This document shows positions 19,202 to 28,559 of a stretch of 64,000 nt of DNA, piece by piece (positions within the stretch are counted from its first letter, which is position 1; each line of letters begins with the position of its first letter). The notes under the pieces are model-generated. The model was given only the letters and a program-made list of their open reading frames with translations, was not told the origin of the DNA and searched no databases. The translations under genes were made by a program, and so were the position numbers. The stretch comes from a virus (Duplodnaviria; Heunggongvirae; Uroviricota; Caudoviricetes; Crassvirales): IMG/VR virus record IMGVR_UViG_3300016480_000004; one strand, written 5' to 3'.

Positions 19202-20109
19202 TACATTTCTACTTTAAAGTACATTGTATCAGCAGAATATTGAGTCATAAAAGGCACATCCCTATCTATAATAGGATTACATTCATTAGCCACGAAGTTT
19301 ACAAACAGATTGACCATTACTGATGCAATCATATTTGCCATAAAGGTTGTCTGTTTGTAGCTACAGATAGTTTCATCTGCTACTGCATCACTGAATAACC
19401 ATTTACTTCTGTACTCTCTCATAGCTCTTAAATCATTGCCTTGAATAGCAAATACTTGATATTCTTCTGCTGCCAATCTACCATCAATAAATAAACATTT
19501 TCCTCTCTCTTCCCCAGCTTTGGACATTAGTCTATCTTCCCAAGCATTAAAGAATAGTTCTCTTGCTTCCATATTATCAAAACCACAAATCATAATATCT
19601 GTAGCTTCACTTTCAGTAGTAAACCTTTCCTGATAGGAAATGGAGTTATAAAAGTTTGCATACTGTTGCATCATACTATTGAGAGCATAAACTTTTTCCT
19701 GTCCCAAATTATGATTACCATATAATTGACCAGACATATTAGCCTGTTCAACTATGTCTGGGTCATATAAATATAATATAGCAGGTTTTAATCTTGCAAG
19801 TAGGAAACCAACATAACTTCCAATACCTCCTACACCAGCTAAGGTAATAATTTTAGATTGAATGGCACTATACCAGATAGCTCCACTGAATCTACTTGTA
19901 GTTTCATCTACAAGTAAACTACCTGAATTAGGTGGAATTACTACTTCCTCAGCAGCTAATGCAGCTTCAAGTAATGCTTCTCCTTGTTCATCTATCTCTA
20001 ATGGAGCATCCTCAGTATTCTGAGCATCATGCAGCAAATCAGACCAATCCAAAGGTTCATCAACTATTTGGTTTCTATCACTTTCTAATACTTCTTCTTC
20101 CATAATCAA
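19201..20109 (-). CDS. E1-like ubiquitin-activating/ThiF-MoeB family adenylyltransferase
   Basis: Rossmann nucleotide loop LAGVGGIGSYVGFLLARL, YDPDIVEQANMSGQ (matches DFDVVELSNLNRQ), D..DN..AR motif (GFDNMEAR), and a conserved Cys region (ETICSYK). Confidence 0.75.
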   Translation of the reverse strand: MIMEEEVLESDRNQIVDEPLDWSDLLHDAQNTEDAPLEIDEQGEALLEAALAAEEVVIPPNSGSLLVDETTSRFSGAIWYSAIQSKIITLAGVGGIGSYVGFLLARLKPAILYLYDPDIVEQANMSGQLYGNHNLGQEKVYALNSMMQQYANFYNSISYQERFTTESEATDIMICGFDNMEARELFFNAWEDRLMSKAGEERGKCLFIDGRLAAEEYQVFAIQGNDLRAMREYRSKWLFSDAVADETICSYKQTTFMANMIASVMVNLFVNFVANECNPIIDRDVPFMTQYSADTMYFKVEM

Positions 20110-21347
20110 ATAATATAATCATCCATTAATTTGATATAAACACTTAACCAAGGGTTCTTTGGTAATTTCTCAAGTTCTTCCCTCACATCATGTGCCAATA
20201 ATGCAGCCATAGTGGAATCATCATTACTAATAACTGCCATGACATCTCCATCATAGGTATAATTAATAAGATAATCTACATAGGTTGATGCAAAGTATTC
20301 AAACACTTTGACACTTCCGAACCTCTTTCTATAAAGATTCTCCATAGAATTAGCCCACTTCTTGACATCAACTGCACTTTCATTTGAAATGATAATACTT
20401 GATGTAACAAGCTGTCTTACAATAGACTGGACTATATCTTTATCCACTGTTATAATACCATAAGGAATGTCAAAATTCTCTTCCTCAGGCTCTTCAAATG
20501 GTAGCTCACTTTGTTTACCAGATGTTTCCTTAACTTCTTTAGCTTTATACCAGCCTCTTCCTTCTTCCCCATAGTATTCGTCTTTGTACATAGGAAATGT
20601 ACTCACTACCTCCTTGATTGGAGCAATATTGTTACCATAGTTACCATATTGAGGACAACTACTTTTATATAAAGGAACAGTTTTCTTTTTAGACTCTTTG
20701 ATTTCCTTGAGTCTCTCCATCATTTCAGTCTCAAAGTTATCAGTTGCATCTTCAAATACTATATCCAGATTAAACCATTCAAGTTTTTCTTCTTCAATGT
20801 CAAAAGTCTCTACTCCCTCTCTTACTTCCTCATTCCAAGTAGGATAAGTATATTTCTCAGATACAGTCTGTACACATTTGTACTTCCTTGTAATACCAGC
20901 AGTATATTTACCTGCATTATTAACAATCAAAGATACAAAGTGAGCCATATCATTACCTTCTGCACTTAGAGTGGATGTATCAGTACCACTAAAGAATGTA
21001 GCCATATTATTATGACTATGGATTAATCCTTGGTATATCCCCTCTTCCAATAATTCAGGATGGTCTACCATATATGTAGCCATATCAGGAGATACATTGA
21101 ACTCAGTATATGCACTTGTACCAATGTCCATTTGGAACAAATCTACACATCTGATAGTTAGGGACTTATCTTCAAAAGCTCCCTCAACTTTATAGAACAA
21201 GATACCTGACCATTCTACATCCCAGATGTTCTTGCATAAAAACCTTATCTTTTTCTCAACCTCTGCTGGAATGACAATCTTAAATATATCTTGTCTGTGG
21301 ACTAACTCCAGTACTGGTTTCACTTCTTTCTTCTCTTCCATATCCAT
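20106..21347 (-). CDS. JAMM/MPN+ (JAB) metalloprotease domain protein with a C-terminal extension
   Basis: Exact JAMM motif H-x-H-x7-S-x2-D (HSHNNMATFFSGTD) with an upstream Glu (PAEVEKK). ATGA overlap with the E1 gene. Confidence 0.75.
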   Translation of the reverse strand: MDMEEKKEVKPVLELVHRQDIFKIVIPAEVEKKIRFLCKNIWDVEWSGILFYKVEGAFEDKSLTIRCVDLFQMDIGTSAYTEFNVSPDMATYMVDHPELLEEGIYQGLIHSHNNMATFFSGTDTSTLSAEGNDMAHFVSLIVNNAGKYTAGITRKYKCVQTVSEKYTYPTWNEEVREGVETFDIEEEKLEWFNLDIVFEDATDNFETEMMERLKEIKESKKKTVPLYKSSCPQYGNYGNNIAPIKEVVSTFPMYKDEYYGEEGRGWYKAKEVKETSGKQSELPFEEPEEENFDIPYGIITVDKDIVQSIVRQLVTSSIIISNESAVDVKKWANSMENLYRKRFGSVKVFEYFASTYVDYLINYTYDGDVMAVISNDDSTMAALLAHDVREELEKLPKNPWLSVYIKLMDDYII

Positions 21348-22614
21348 AATTTAATATTCTTAATATACTACATACTATAGTTTCAATATACTGTAGATTT
21401 AGTATCCTTGTTCTATTGAGAGATTCCTCCTCTGAGGATAATACTCCATCAATAGTCAAGGTAATCTCCCTACCTTTGAATGTACAGATTTTCTCTCCTA
21501 TATATCGCTGGTAGTCATTACTACTACCCCTTCTGGATGCTCTTGGTATATAGACTTTACCATTGGTTATGATACATTCATTAATAACACCTAAACTAAC
21601 AAGGTCAGTATAACTAATGTCAAAAGTATGTTTGTTATACTCAGTATTATACCAGCTAATAAATTCATTACTGATAAGAACTACTGTATCAATGAAAGAC
21701 ATTCCTAACCCATAACTTCCATTACTATAGTTGAATCTAAGCTTCTTAGTCTTCAGAAGGTATTCAATGAATGGTTTGAATTGTTCTTTTCCAAATACAT
21801 TGTTGTAATGAACTGTTCCTACAAGAGCCTGCATAGAGAATTTATCTCTAGCATCTCCCATCTCTGGTGCAGGAATATTCTCAAGTCTGCGGTGTGGGAC
21901 CCCATCAATAGATTCCACTCTTACATATCTATCAAGCTCCAGACACAATAACTGCCAAATGGCTTCATCATATCCTATAGCTAATGTAGATAAGGTTGAA
22001 TTAATAGGTCCTCTACCAGTACAGGGTGTTTGGAAATTCTCAAAGTTACCTCTTGGAATAGAAGCTACATGACTGTGCATATATCCATACTGGAATTGAT
22101 TCAGAGGATAATTAGACCTGTTCACTCCAAAATAACCCTTACCCTTTCCCTGCCAATTGAATGGAACTTTAAGCCATAAATCCCTAATATCCACATACTT
22201 ATCATATTCATTTGTAATCCTTACTGTAGGAAAATAAATAAGAATGAATAAGTCATTGAACCTACTATTAGCAATCTTCTCCTTTATTATTGGCAAGAAA
22301 TATTTAGCTAATGCAGAGTCACTTACAGCAGTTTCATTATTAGCACCTTCTGCTGTCCAAAAGAGATTTATTATATCTCGGTCTTCCTTATTCATATTTT
22401 GATAAGCAGAAGAGTCTACTATATTACTCCATTCCAGGAGTGTTCCTAAGGGGGTCTCACTAAGATATGTATATAATTCATCCTCAGTAAGAAAACCTTG
22501 CATCTCTACTCTCCCCTCACCAAAGAAGTCTTGAAAGAATTGTAGGATTTGATTTGGTTTTTCCATGATACTACTATGTAGTTCATGAACTTGTTTCTTT
22601 ATCTCTTCGGTCAT
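21280..22614 (-). CDS. Hypothetical protein; first gene of the E1/JAMM operon (weak E2/UBC-like H..H...C segment)
   Basis: Its 3' end overlaps the JAMM ORF. The segment MHSHVASIPRGNFENFQTPCTG loosely resembles a UBC HPN...C core. Confidence 0.35.
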   Translation of the reverse strand: MTEEIKKQVHELHSSIMEKPNQILQFFQDFFGEGRVEMQGFLTEDELYTYLSETPLGTLLEWSNIVDSSAYQNMNKEDRDIINLFWTAEGANNETAVSDSALAKYFLPIIKEKIANSRFNDLFILIYFPTVRITNEYDKYVDIRDLWLKVPFNWQGKGKGYFGVNRSNYPLNQFQYGYMHSHVASIPRGNFENFQTPCTGRGPINSTLSTLAIGYDEAIWQLLCLELDRYVRVESIDGVPHRRLENIPAPEMGDARDKFSMQALVGTVHYNNVFGKEQFKPFIEYLLKTKKLRFNYSNGSYGLGMSFIDTVVLISNEFISWYNTEYNKHTFDISYTDLVSLGVINECIITNGKVYIPRASRRGSSNDYQRYIGEKICTFKGREITLTIDGVLSSEEESLNRTRILNLQYIETIVCSILRILNYGYGREERSETSTGVSPQTRYI

Positions 22615-22619
22615 TGCAT

Positions 22620-22670
22620 GATAAAAAAAAAATGAGGGGGAAGGCTTATTCAGCCTCCTCCCTCACTGGT
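22620..22670 (-). terminator. Rho-independent terminator (minus strand) between the 226-aa gene and the E1/JAMM operon
   Basis: GC-rich stem GAGGGGGAAGGC / GCCTCCTCCCTC with a 7-nt loop, followed on the minus strand by a T10 run. Confidence 0.55.
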
Positions 22671-22675
22671 TTTAC

Positions 22676-23356
22676 TTAGTCAACAAAATCAAACATCTGG
22701 TTGATTTCCTCCCTTGACATCCCTTCAGGTGCTTTATAGGTAGTACCTTTCAGTACAGCCATAGCCCTGTCATAAGTGCCTTCTTCAATAGCATCACTGC
22801 CATAAAGGTCTTCCAACAGAACTTCCAATGCACCTGCAACATTACCCTCAGAAGTTGTAGTCACCTCAGGTTTCTCTTCCTTTACTGGTTCTTTTGCTAC
22901 TTCTTTCTTTGCAGATTTTTCTTTCACAACCTCTTTCTTCTCCTCTTTTACAGGAGCACCTTCACCCAACAGGCCAATCAAGTCCTGAGTTTTACACATG
23001 GTGAAGTTCTTTCCAAATCTCTTTACACACTCATCCTGCAAGCCTCTTGCCTTGATTGCATTGTAGGCTTCTGCCCTTGACATTGCACCAGACTTGATTT
23101 TCTTCTCAGGTGCAGTCAGCAGGAATGTCAAATCATTTACTACTTGTCCTTTGTAAGGAATATTGGTAGGAAGGATAGAAGCATCATCTTTCAATTCTGC
23201 TCTCAAATGACCTTCAAAGAATGTCATTCCTTCATATTCAATACCTGCTTCTCTCATTTCTCTTTTCAACTCACCCAGTGTAGTTGCAGCAGATGCCTGA
23301 ATAACTTTTTGAGACTGAGTTTTGTTGTTGATGATGGTTACTTTTCTAAATTCCAT
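22676..23356 (-). CDS. Hypothetical protein with a predicted N-terminal beta-grasp-like ~90-aa domain, a K/E-rich linker, and a C-terminal domain
   Basis: Alternating beta/alpha pattern in residues 1-90 and a low-complexity KE linker. Lies upstream of the E1/JAMM operon. Confidence 0.4.
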   Translation of the reverse strand: MEFRKVTIINNKTQSQKVIQASAATTLGELKREMREAGIEYEGMTFFEGHLRAELKDDASILPTNIPYKGQVVNDLTFLLTAPEKKIKSGAMSRAEAYNAIKARGLQDECVKRFGKNFTMCKTQDLIGLLGEGAPVKEEKKEVVKEKSAKKEVAKEPVKEEKPEVTTTSEGNVAGALEVLLEDLYGSDAIEEGTYDRAMAVLKGTTYKAPEGMSREEINQMFDFVD

Positions 23357-23381
23357 GATTTTTTTTTTTAGTGATAAAACA

Positions 23382-24377
23382 TTACCTATTAAATAGGCTT
23401 AAAATTATTTCTCTGAATTGTTCTTTGTCTCCTATTGTTTTATAGAGGTCTGAGACATCTTTTCCTCCCTCAAAATGAGGCAATACTATGTTAGTGAACC
23501 CAGTGGATACTGATAGTTTCTCTCCATCTATGAGACCAGCTTTATCATTATCCAATAAGATAAATACTTTCTTGTATCTTCTTTTAAGTTCATTAACAGC
23601 AGTATCACTGATACCATAACCCTCTCCTTGAATGGCTATAGCTGGTATTCCAGTGTTTGCCCATAGACATAAAGCATCTTTCATTGAGGAACAAATACAT
23701 ATCCTATCCCCAAATTCAGGCACTTTAGTCCATAAGCTAATTACTGACCTATCATGCCTATTGGACCACTTATATCCCTTCTGATTAAATGGTTGATATA
23801 TCTTTAAAGTGACTTTCCCTTCCTTATATTCTACATAAGCATAAGCATATCTATCTGCTGGAAAGACCATTCTGGACTCTCCTTTTATGATTATCTTATA
23901 GGATATAGGATAAATGTCAGCATATTTCAACCACTCTAAAGTGATACCAAATGAAGCCCAATACTCAAGGTCATACTCTCTCCATTCCCTTGTCTTACAT
24001 TGTAAATCAAGGTTAGAACTATATTCCTTATTAGTGACAATCTTAGGTTTACCTAATGTACTATAGCCATTAGTCTTAGTAATCTTGGATAAGTCCCCCC
24101 AAACATGTGCAAGCACATCATTGTAACTCTCCCCCCAATACTTACCTAATAAATCAAATGTTCCCCCTCTATCTTTTGTAGCCAAGTCTGTCCAATGTAT
24201 CTTCTGACCATCTATGCTATAAAAACCAAAGGATGGATGGTTATCAGGTCTTAATGGACTTGATATAATACAGGGGACATTACTTACCCCAAAATAATGG
24301 TTCAGAATATCTAATTCTGATACCTTTGATAAAATCTCTTCTAATCTGATATTAGGTTTACCTATACTAATAGCCAT
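23382..24377 (-). CDS. DNA primase (zinc-binding + TOPRIM)
   Basis: Zinc-finger region C..RPDNHPSF (DnaG-like CPFH..TPSF). TOPRIM motifs ...QGEG and LLDNDKAG. Confidence 0.7.
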   Translation of the reverse strand: MAISIGKPNIRLEEILSKVSELDILNHYFGVSNVPCIISSPLRPDNHPSFGFYSIDGQKIHWTDLATKDRGGTFDLLGKYWGESYNDVLAHVWGDLSKITKTNGYSTLGKPKIVTNKEYSSNLDLQCKTREWREYDLEYWASFGITLEWLKYADIYPISYKIIIKGESRMVFPADRYAYAYVEYKEGKVTLKIYQPFNQKGYKWSNRHDRSVISLWTKVPEFGDRICICSSMKDALCLWANTGIPAIAIQGEGYGISDTAVNELKRRYKKVFILLDNDKAGLIDGEKLSVSTGFTNIVLPHFEGGKDVSDLYKTIGDKEQFREIILSLFNR

Positions 24378-24397
24378 AGTTCTAAATCTTTATGTTA

Positions 24398-25312
24398 TTA
24401 ACCCCAAGGAGTTGCTGTAGGAGCTGTTGCTGCTCCTAATGGGTCATTGTCAGGTGCAGCAAATGAAGTAGCTTCTACTGTATTTTCATGCAAAGGTTGA
24501 GTAGAAAACTCAGTGCCCGGAGCACCCCCATTACTTTGGAAATCAGCAATGGCAGCATCAATCTTACTGTAATCTGTCACAGCATTCTTAGCAAACTTCC
24601 TTGTAAATACAGCCTGATACTGTCTTGTACCATTCTCATTATCTACAGTTCTGATACCTACTGCACCTTTAACTGTATATGCAGCAGCAAGAGTAACAAG
24701 CTCTTTAAGCTCTTTTACATCACCCTTGAATAGAGCTGCCATATCAAGAGAAACCTCACTGTCAGAGGGGTCTTCCTTCATAATCCACTTACCATCTTTA
24801 TAGTTGGCAGGATTAGGAATATTCAACCACTGAATAAGGAAGTCAATCAAGAATTCCTCACCTTGCCATGCAGGTCTGTAATCTGCACTGATATTGGCTG
24901 GTCCAGAAGCGTATTGTGGAATAGACTTGGACTGTAGTTCTTCTTTGGTAGCCCATGCAGTTCTACCAAACTTATCAATAATCTGGCATTTACCACTTGT
25001 CTGACCTATCTTAAAGTCCTTAGTCAGCATAAAGCTGATAGGAATAAGCAATTCAATGCCCTTATTCAACTTAGCATCAGGAGCAGTCTTTGCATAAAAT
25101 ACTACCCTTACCTGTTCCTTACCTTCCTCAGTTCTGCCAACATATTCAGGGGCATTCTCAATCTCTCTACCTGTGAGAGCCTCTAATTCTTCCTTAGTAG
25201 GATTTACAGCTACAATATTGAATGCAGCCATACCTTTGTACATCTTGAAAGAACCTTCAACTGATTCTTTACCTACTTTAACAGCCATGAAACTTTTGTT
25301 TAAATTCTTCAT
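24398..25312 (-). CDS. Hypothetical protein (possible ssDNA-binding or annealing protein)
   Basis: Position between primase and helicase. No diagnostic motif. Confidence 0.4.
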   Translation of the reverse strand: MKNLNKSFMAVKVGKESVEGSFKMYKGMAAFNIVAVNPTKEELEALTGREIENAPEYVGRTEEGKEQVRVVFYAKTAPDAKLNKGIELLIPISFMLTKDFKIGQTSGKCQIIDKFGRTAWATKEELQSKSIPQYASGPANISADYRPAWQGEEFLIDFLIQWLNIPNPANYKDGKWIMKEDPSDSEVSLDMAALFKGDVKELKELVTLAAAYTVKGAVGIRTVDNENGTRQYQAVFTRKFAKNAVTDYSKIDAAIADFQSNGGAPGTEFSTQPLHENTVEATSFAAPDNDPLGAATAPTATPWG

Positions 25313-25336
25313 CTTAAATTACTGATTTTTACGTGA

Positions 25337-25705
25337 TTAATCTTTGAAAGGCATTTCATCTGCTAATTCTCCAAATGGATTTGCAGGTGCTACCTCTTCT
25401 GCCAATGCAACTGCCTCAGATGCGGGTACTTCTACCTCTTCTGAAACTTCTCCTTCTGGAGCTTCTTCTGTTGCTTCTGCTACTGCCATGATACCAGCAA
25501 GAACTTCCTCAGAAGTGAAACCACCAGTCATAGTCTTGATAGGAGCTTCAAAGCCTTCAATAGTTTCACTGATTACACTCAATTCTTCCTGTGCTTTCTC
25601 AATTTTCTCTACTAGTTTGTCCCTTTTGGTTCTCAAACTCTTAGTGTTCTGGGCTGTCCTTTTAACAATTGCCAGTTCAAACCTTGATAATTCTTTTCTT
25701 TCCAT
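25337..25705 (-). CDS. Hypothetical acidic protein (SSB-like acidic C-terminal tail ...DEMPF)
   Basis: Acidic C-terminus ending in an aromatic residue. Coiled-coil N-terminus. Confidence 0.4.
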   Translation of the reverse strand: MERKELSRFELAIVKRTAQNTKSLRTKRDKLVEKIEKAQEELSVISETIEGFEAPIKTMTGGFTSEEVLAGIMAVAEATEEAPEGEVSEEVEVPASEAVALAEEVAPANPFGELADEMPFKD

Positions 25706-25717
25706 GTTTTCTTTTTT

Positions 25718-26332
25718 TTATACAAATTTCCATATATAATTACCAGCACTTTTCCTTCTACCATAACAGCATTCTCCAATATTAGAACCATTGACTCCTG
25801 TAATTTTAGAAGCCTCAGTTATACTATTATAAGAGTTTATTAATACTCCAGATTTATCATACTGTTCTACTGGTTTCCTAACTGAATCTAAAAATTTCCT
25901 TGTTTTTACAATAACTTTCTTAGATAAAGTATCTTTAAGTTTAAGAATCTGTTCCTCACTTTTAGGAACTCCTAAATGAGCATTTTTCATCTTCATCTTT
26001 GTTTCCTCAGTGTGTTTGAACCCACTTAAACTTTCTCCTCCAATAGTACAATTATACCCATCTTCAAAAGAATTAAACTTCCTAATATAATAAACTTCAA
26101 GTTCATTAAGTATCTTCTTTGCTATCACTTCATCTATGTAATCTCCTTTATGGAGAACTTCATAAATAAAATTTTCTGGCTTATATCTGTGCCTTGCATT
26201 ATCTATTTTCTTCCCTCCATAACTGCAATTTAAGTTATAAAAGAATTGCTTCCTTACAGCTTCATCTATAGTTTGTCCTATATAACTTTTACCAGAAGGA
26301 GAAATATATCTGTAAATAATGCCAGTAATCAT
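25718..26332 (-). CDS. GIY-YIG homing endonuclease
   Basis: N-terminal GIIYRY...SYIGQT (GIY-x10-YIG). Confidence 0.65.
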   Translation of the reverse strand: MITGIIYRYISPSGKSYIGQTIDEAVRKQFFYNLNCSYGGKKIDNARHRYKPENFIYEVLHKGDYIDEVIAKKILNELEVYYIRKFNSFEDGYNCTIGGESLSGFKHTEETKMKMKNAHLGVPKSEEQILKLKDTLSKKVIVKTRKFLDSVRKPVEQYDKSGVLINSYNSITEASKITGVNGSNIGECCYGRRKSAGNYIWKFV

Positions 26333-26346
26333 ATAAATATTTGTAT

Positions 26347-26640
26347 TTAATTTATAAAAATTGTTTGTCTTTGCCCTATTTCATTGGGCTTACTTTGCAG
26401 TTTATTTATGGTGTATTTCTTTTCATAATACTCTAATGCTTCCATTAAATACGATTGAACCATGCCCATCCCCATGATAGTCTGTATAAAAGTTATAGAC
26501 AACTTAGGGTCTTTACCGTGTTCAGTGCAATAATCTAATAGAAGATTGACAGCATCTTCTCTAGTCAGTCCACCAAAGGCTACAAGCCTACTAACCCTGA
26601 CTACTTCATCTCTATCCATAGTATTCCTGTGCTTTCTCAA
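26347..26640 (-). CDS. Hypothetical protein
   Basis: ORF track. Confidence 0.4.
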   Translation of the reverse strand: MRKHRNTMDRDEVVRVSRLVAFGGLTREDAVNLLLDYCTEHGKDPKLSITFIQTIMGMGMVQSYLMEALEYYEKKYTINKLQSKPNEIGQRQTIFIN

Positions 26641-27319
26641 CTACAAGACCCAAGTCATTGGGAATATACAGAGGAAACATGCCAACAGGACTCTTTGCAG
26701 GATATACTCCATCATCATTGGTAACAAATTCTCTGATGGACTTCTTCTCCTTTGAATCAAAAGAAGACTTACCATAAAGAACCACTTCAAACTTACCCTC
26801 AGGAGTAATATATGAATCAACCATGTTACCAGTACTCTTATATTTGTAAGAGATACTATCACCATTCTTGTCTTTATACTCTTCATAATGAGCAAGACAA
26901 ATCATGTTCTTGTTTTCTGGCACAAGATTGATTGCATCAAATATTAACCCCATTCCATAACCAATCTGTTTAGGAGTGTCCCAGCCACCTTTCATTGCAT
27001 TCTTCATATAGAAATCCTGACTGACATAATTCATATCATCAAGTACTATATTAGTGAAAGGAGAATTAGGACTGGCTAACATCTCAATGATTTGAGCAAC
27101 TTCTTTTGCATCATTGGTTATAATTCTGTTACCTTTACCAATCTCCTTAATAGTAGTAACTTGATACTTACTTCCACCTCCTCTAAAAGGTAAAGGTTTA
27201 TTTACACAACTTATCAAATAAGTCACTTTAGGGTCCAACCCTTTCAATCCAAGCTCTGGTATCTCCCCAATAGAGGTTGATTTACCAAAGCCTGATTTAG
27301 CTAAAATCAATGCTTTCAT
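26612..27319 (-). CDS. P-loop NTPase (RecA-fold Sak4-like ATPase or a dNMP kinase)
   Basis: Walker A AKSGFGKST and Walker B-like IVLDDMN. Confidence 0.5.
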   Translation of the reverse strand: MKALILAKSGFGKSTSIGEIPELGLKGLDPKVTYLISCVNKPLPFRGGGSKYQVTTIKEIGKGNRIITNDAKEVAQIIEMLASPNSPFTNIVLDDMNYVSQDFYMKNAMKGGWDTPKQIGYGMGLIFDAINLVPENKNMICLAHYEEYKDKNGDSISYKYKSTGNMVDSYITPEGKFEVVLYGKSSFDSKEKKSIREFVTNDDGVYPAKSPVGMFPLYIPNDLGLVVEKAQEYYG

Positions 27320-27335
27320 TCTTTTTATTTAAAAT

Positions 27336-28556
27336 TTAGTCTGCAAAGGTAATCAATTTAACTAACCTATGCAAATTCATCTTCCACTTTCTTACTTTGG
27401 CTTTTCTTATAGAGACATTCATGAAAGTATAGTTAGTCCTCCTCCTTACAACTGTCTCAATATACTCAAGACATTTTTCCAGTTCAGGCTTATTATTGGG
27501 TAGTGGAAGCTCAGTAAAGGTACTTACTGCCCCATCAAAGAATAATGGACATATTTGACCTCCTGCTCCATTATCTCTATCCTCAATAACTTGCATAAAC
27601 CTTATATTGTTTTTGAATTTGGTAACATCATAACCTTCATATTCCCTTAGACCATATTTAAATGGACTATATAAACCAAGCACCAGATTTGCATCTCTGG
27701 TAGTAGTCTTACAATCTGCAAGACCATCGGATGAAGGCATCATCTTATTCAACTTCTGATTCTCAATTCCTTCCTGAGCCTGAGCCTGATGTTGGATTGC
27801 AGTAACATTAAAATCAAACTGGTCTCTTTGAGAGATGAAATACTTACTCATCTTCTCAATAGTCTGCATTTTGTTCATACCACTTTCTGACATCAGATTT
27901 GAATAGTTGTCTAAGATTACTTCTACATATTCATCCTTATCATCTGGTTCATAATAGTCTACAACATCCCTTTCCTCCTCAAGTCCAGCTTCATTCTTCA
28001 TGATAACCTTCTTGAAGTGAAACTTTCCCCTACTCAAAGCAAAATTCCTACAATACTTATTAATACCTGTAGGATTTCTTTCAGAGTCAATATAGATTAT
28101 AGTCTCCTTAAACTTCTGAATATATGTCATATATCTTTCAGATGCAAGTAAGTCTAATATCTCTTGAGAAACTGGTCTATCAGCAGAAGTACTCTTCAAG
28201 TCAGTTGGACTTATTCTTATTCTATCAAGCCTAAATAATAGGTGACATAAGAATTCATAGAACTTTTCTTCCTTACCCATTTCAAGTGTAAAATAGAGTA
28301 TCTTCAACCTTAGTTGGTCAGGGTGCTCAATTGCATAGAAGAAGGGTTCATAAACAAGCATATAGTCAGCAAGTTTTGATTTACCAACCTTTTGATTTGC
28401 AGTAATAATGTTATACCTTCTCTTCTCTATTCCAGGGAGCCACACTCTTAATCTTGGAAAGGACAATGGAATACAATTTATCTTGCCATCCAATATCCTC
28501 TGCCTTCGGAGTATTAACTTCTCCAGTGCCCTATCAAATGAATCCTTCTCTTCCAT
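27336..28556 (-). CDS. DnaB-like replicative helicase (SF4, RecA-like C-terminal domain)
   Basis: H1/Walker A ITANQKVGKSK and the DnaB-like motif LYFTLEM. Confidence 0.65.
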   Translation of the reverse strand: MEEKDSFDRALEKLILRRQRILDGKINCIPLSFPRLRVWLPGIEKRRYNIITANQKVGKSKLADYMLVYEPFFYAIEHPDQLRLKILYFTLEMGKEEKFYEFLCHLLFRLDRIRISPTDLKSTSADRPVSQEILDLLASERYMTYIQKFKETIIYIDSERNPTGINKYCRNFALSRGKFHFKKVIMKNEAGLEEERDVVDYYEPDDKDEYVEVILDNYSNLMSESGMNKMQTIEKMSKYFISQRDQFDFNVTAIQHQAQAQEGIENQKLNKMMPSSDGLADCKTTTRDANLVLGLYSPFKYGLREYEGYDVTKFKNNIRFMQVIEDRDNGAGGQICPLFFDGAVSTFTELPLPNNKPELEKCLEYIETVVRRRTNYTFMNVSIRKAKVRKWKMNLHRLVKLITFAD

Positions 28557-28559
28557 AGC

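Noticed and set aside
21280-22614. Assigning the 444-aa protein as an E2 (UBC) enzyme.
   Set aside because: Only a loose H-S-H...C resemblance to the HPN...C core, with non-canonical spacing. Reported as a hypothesis inside the E1/JAMM finding rather than as a call.
25344-25739. Plus-strand ORFs overlapping minus-strand genes, e.g. 25344..25739 (+), 29143..29619 (+), 2882..3328 (+), 37302..37673 (+), 12195..12503 (+).
   Set aside because: They lie antisense to longer, motif-bearing minus-strand genes and have low-complexity or hydrophobic compositions typical of shadow ORFs.
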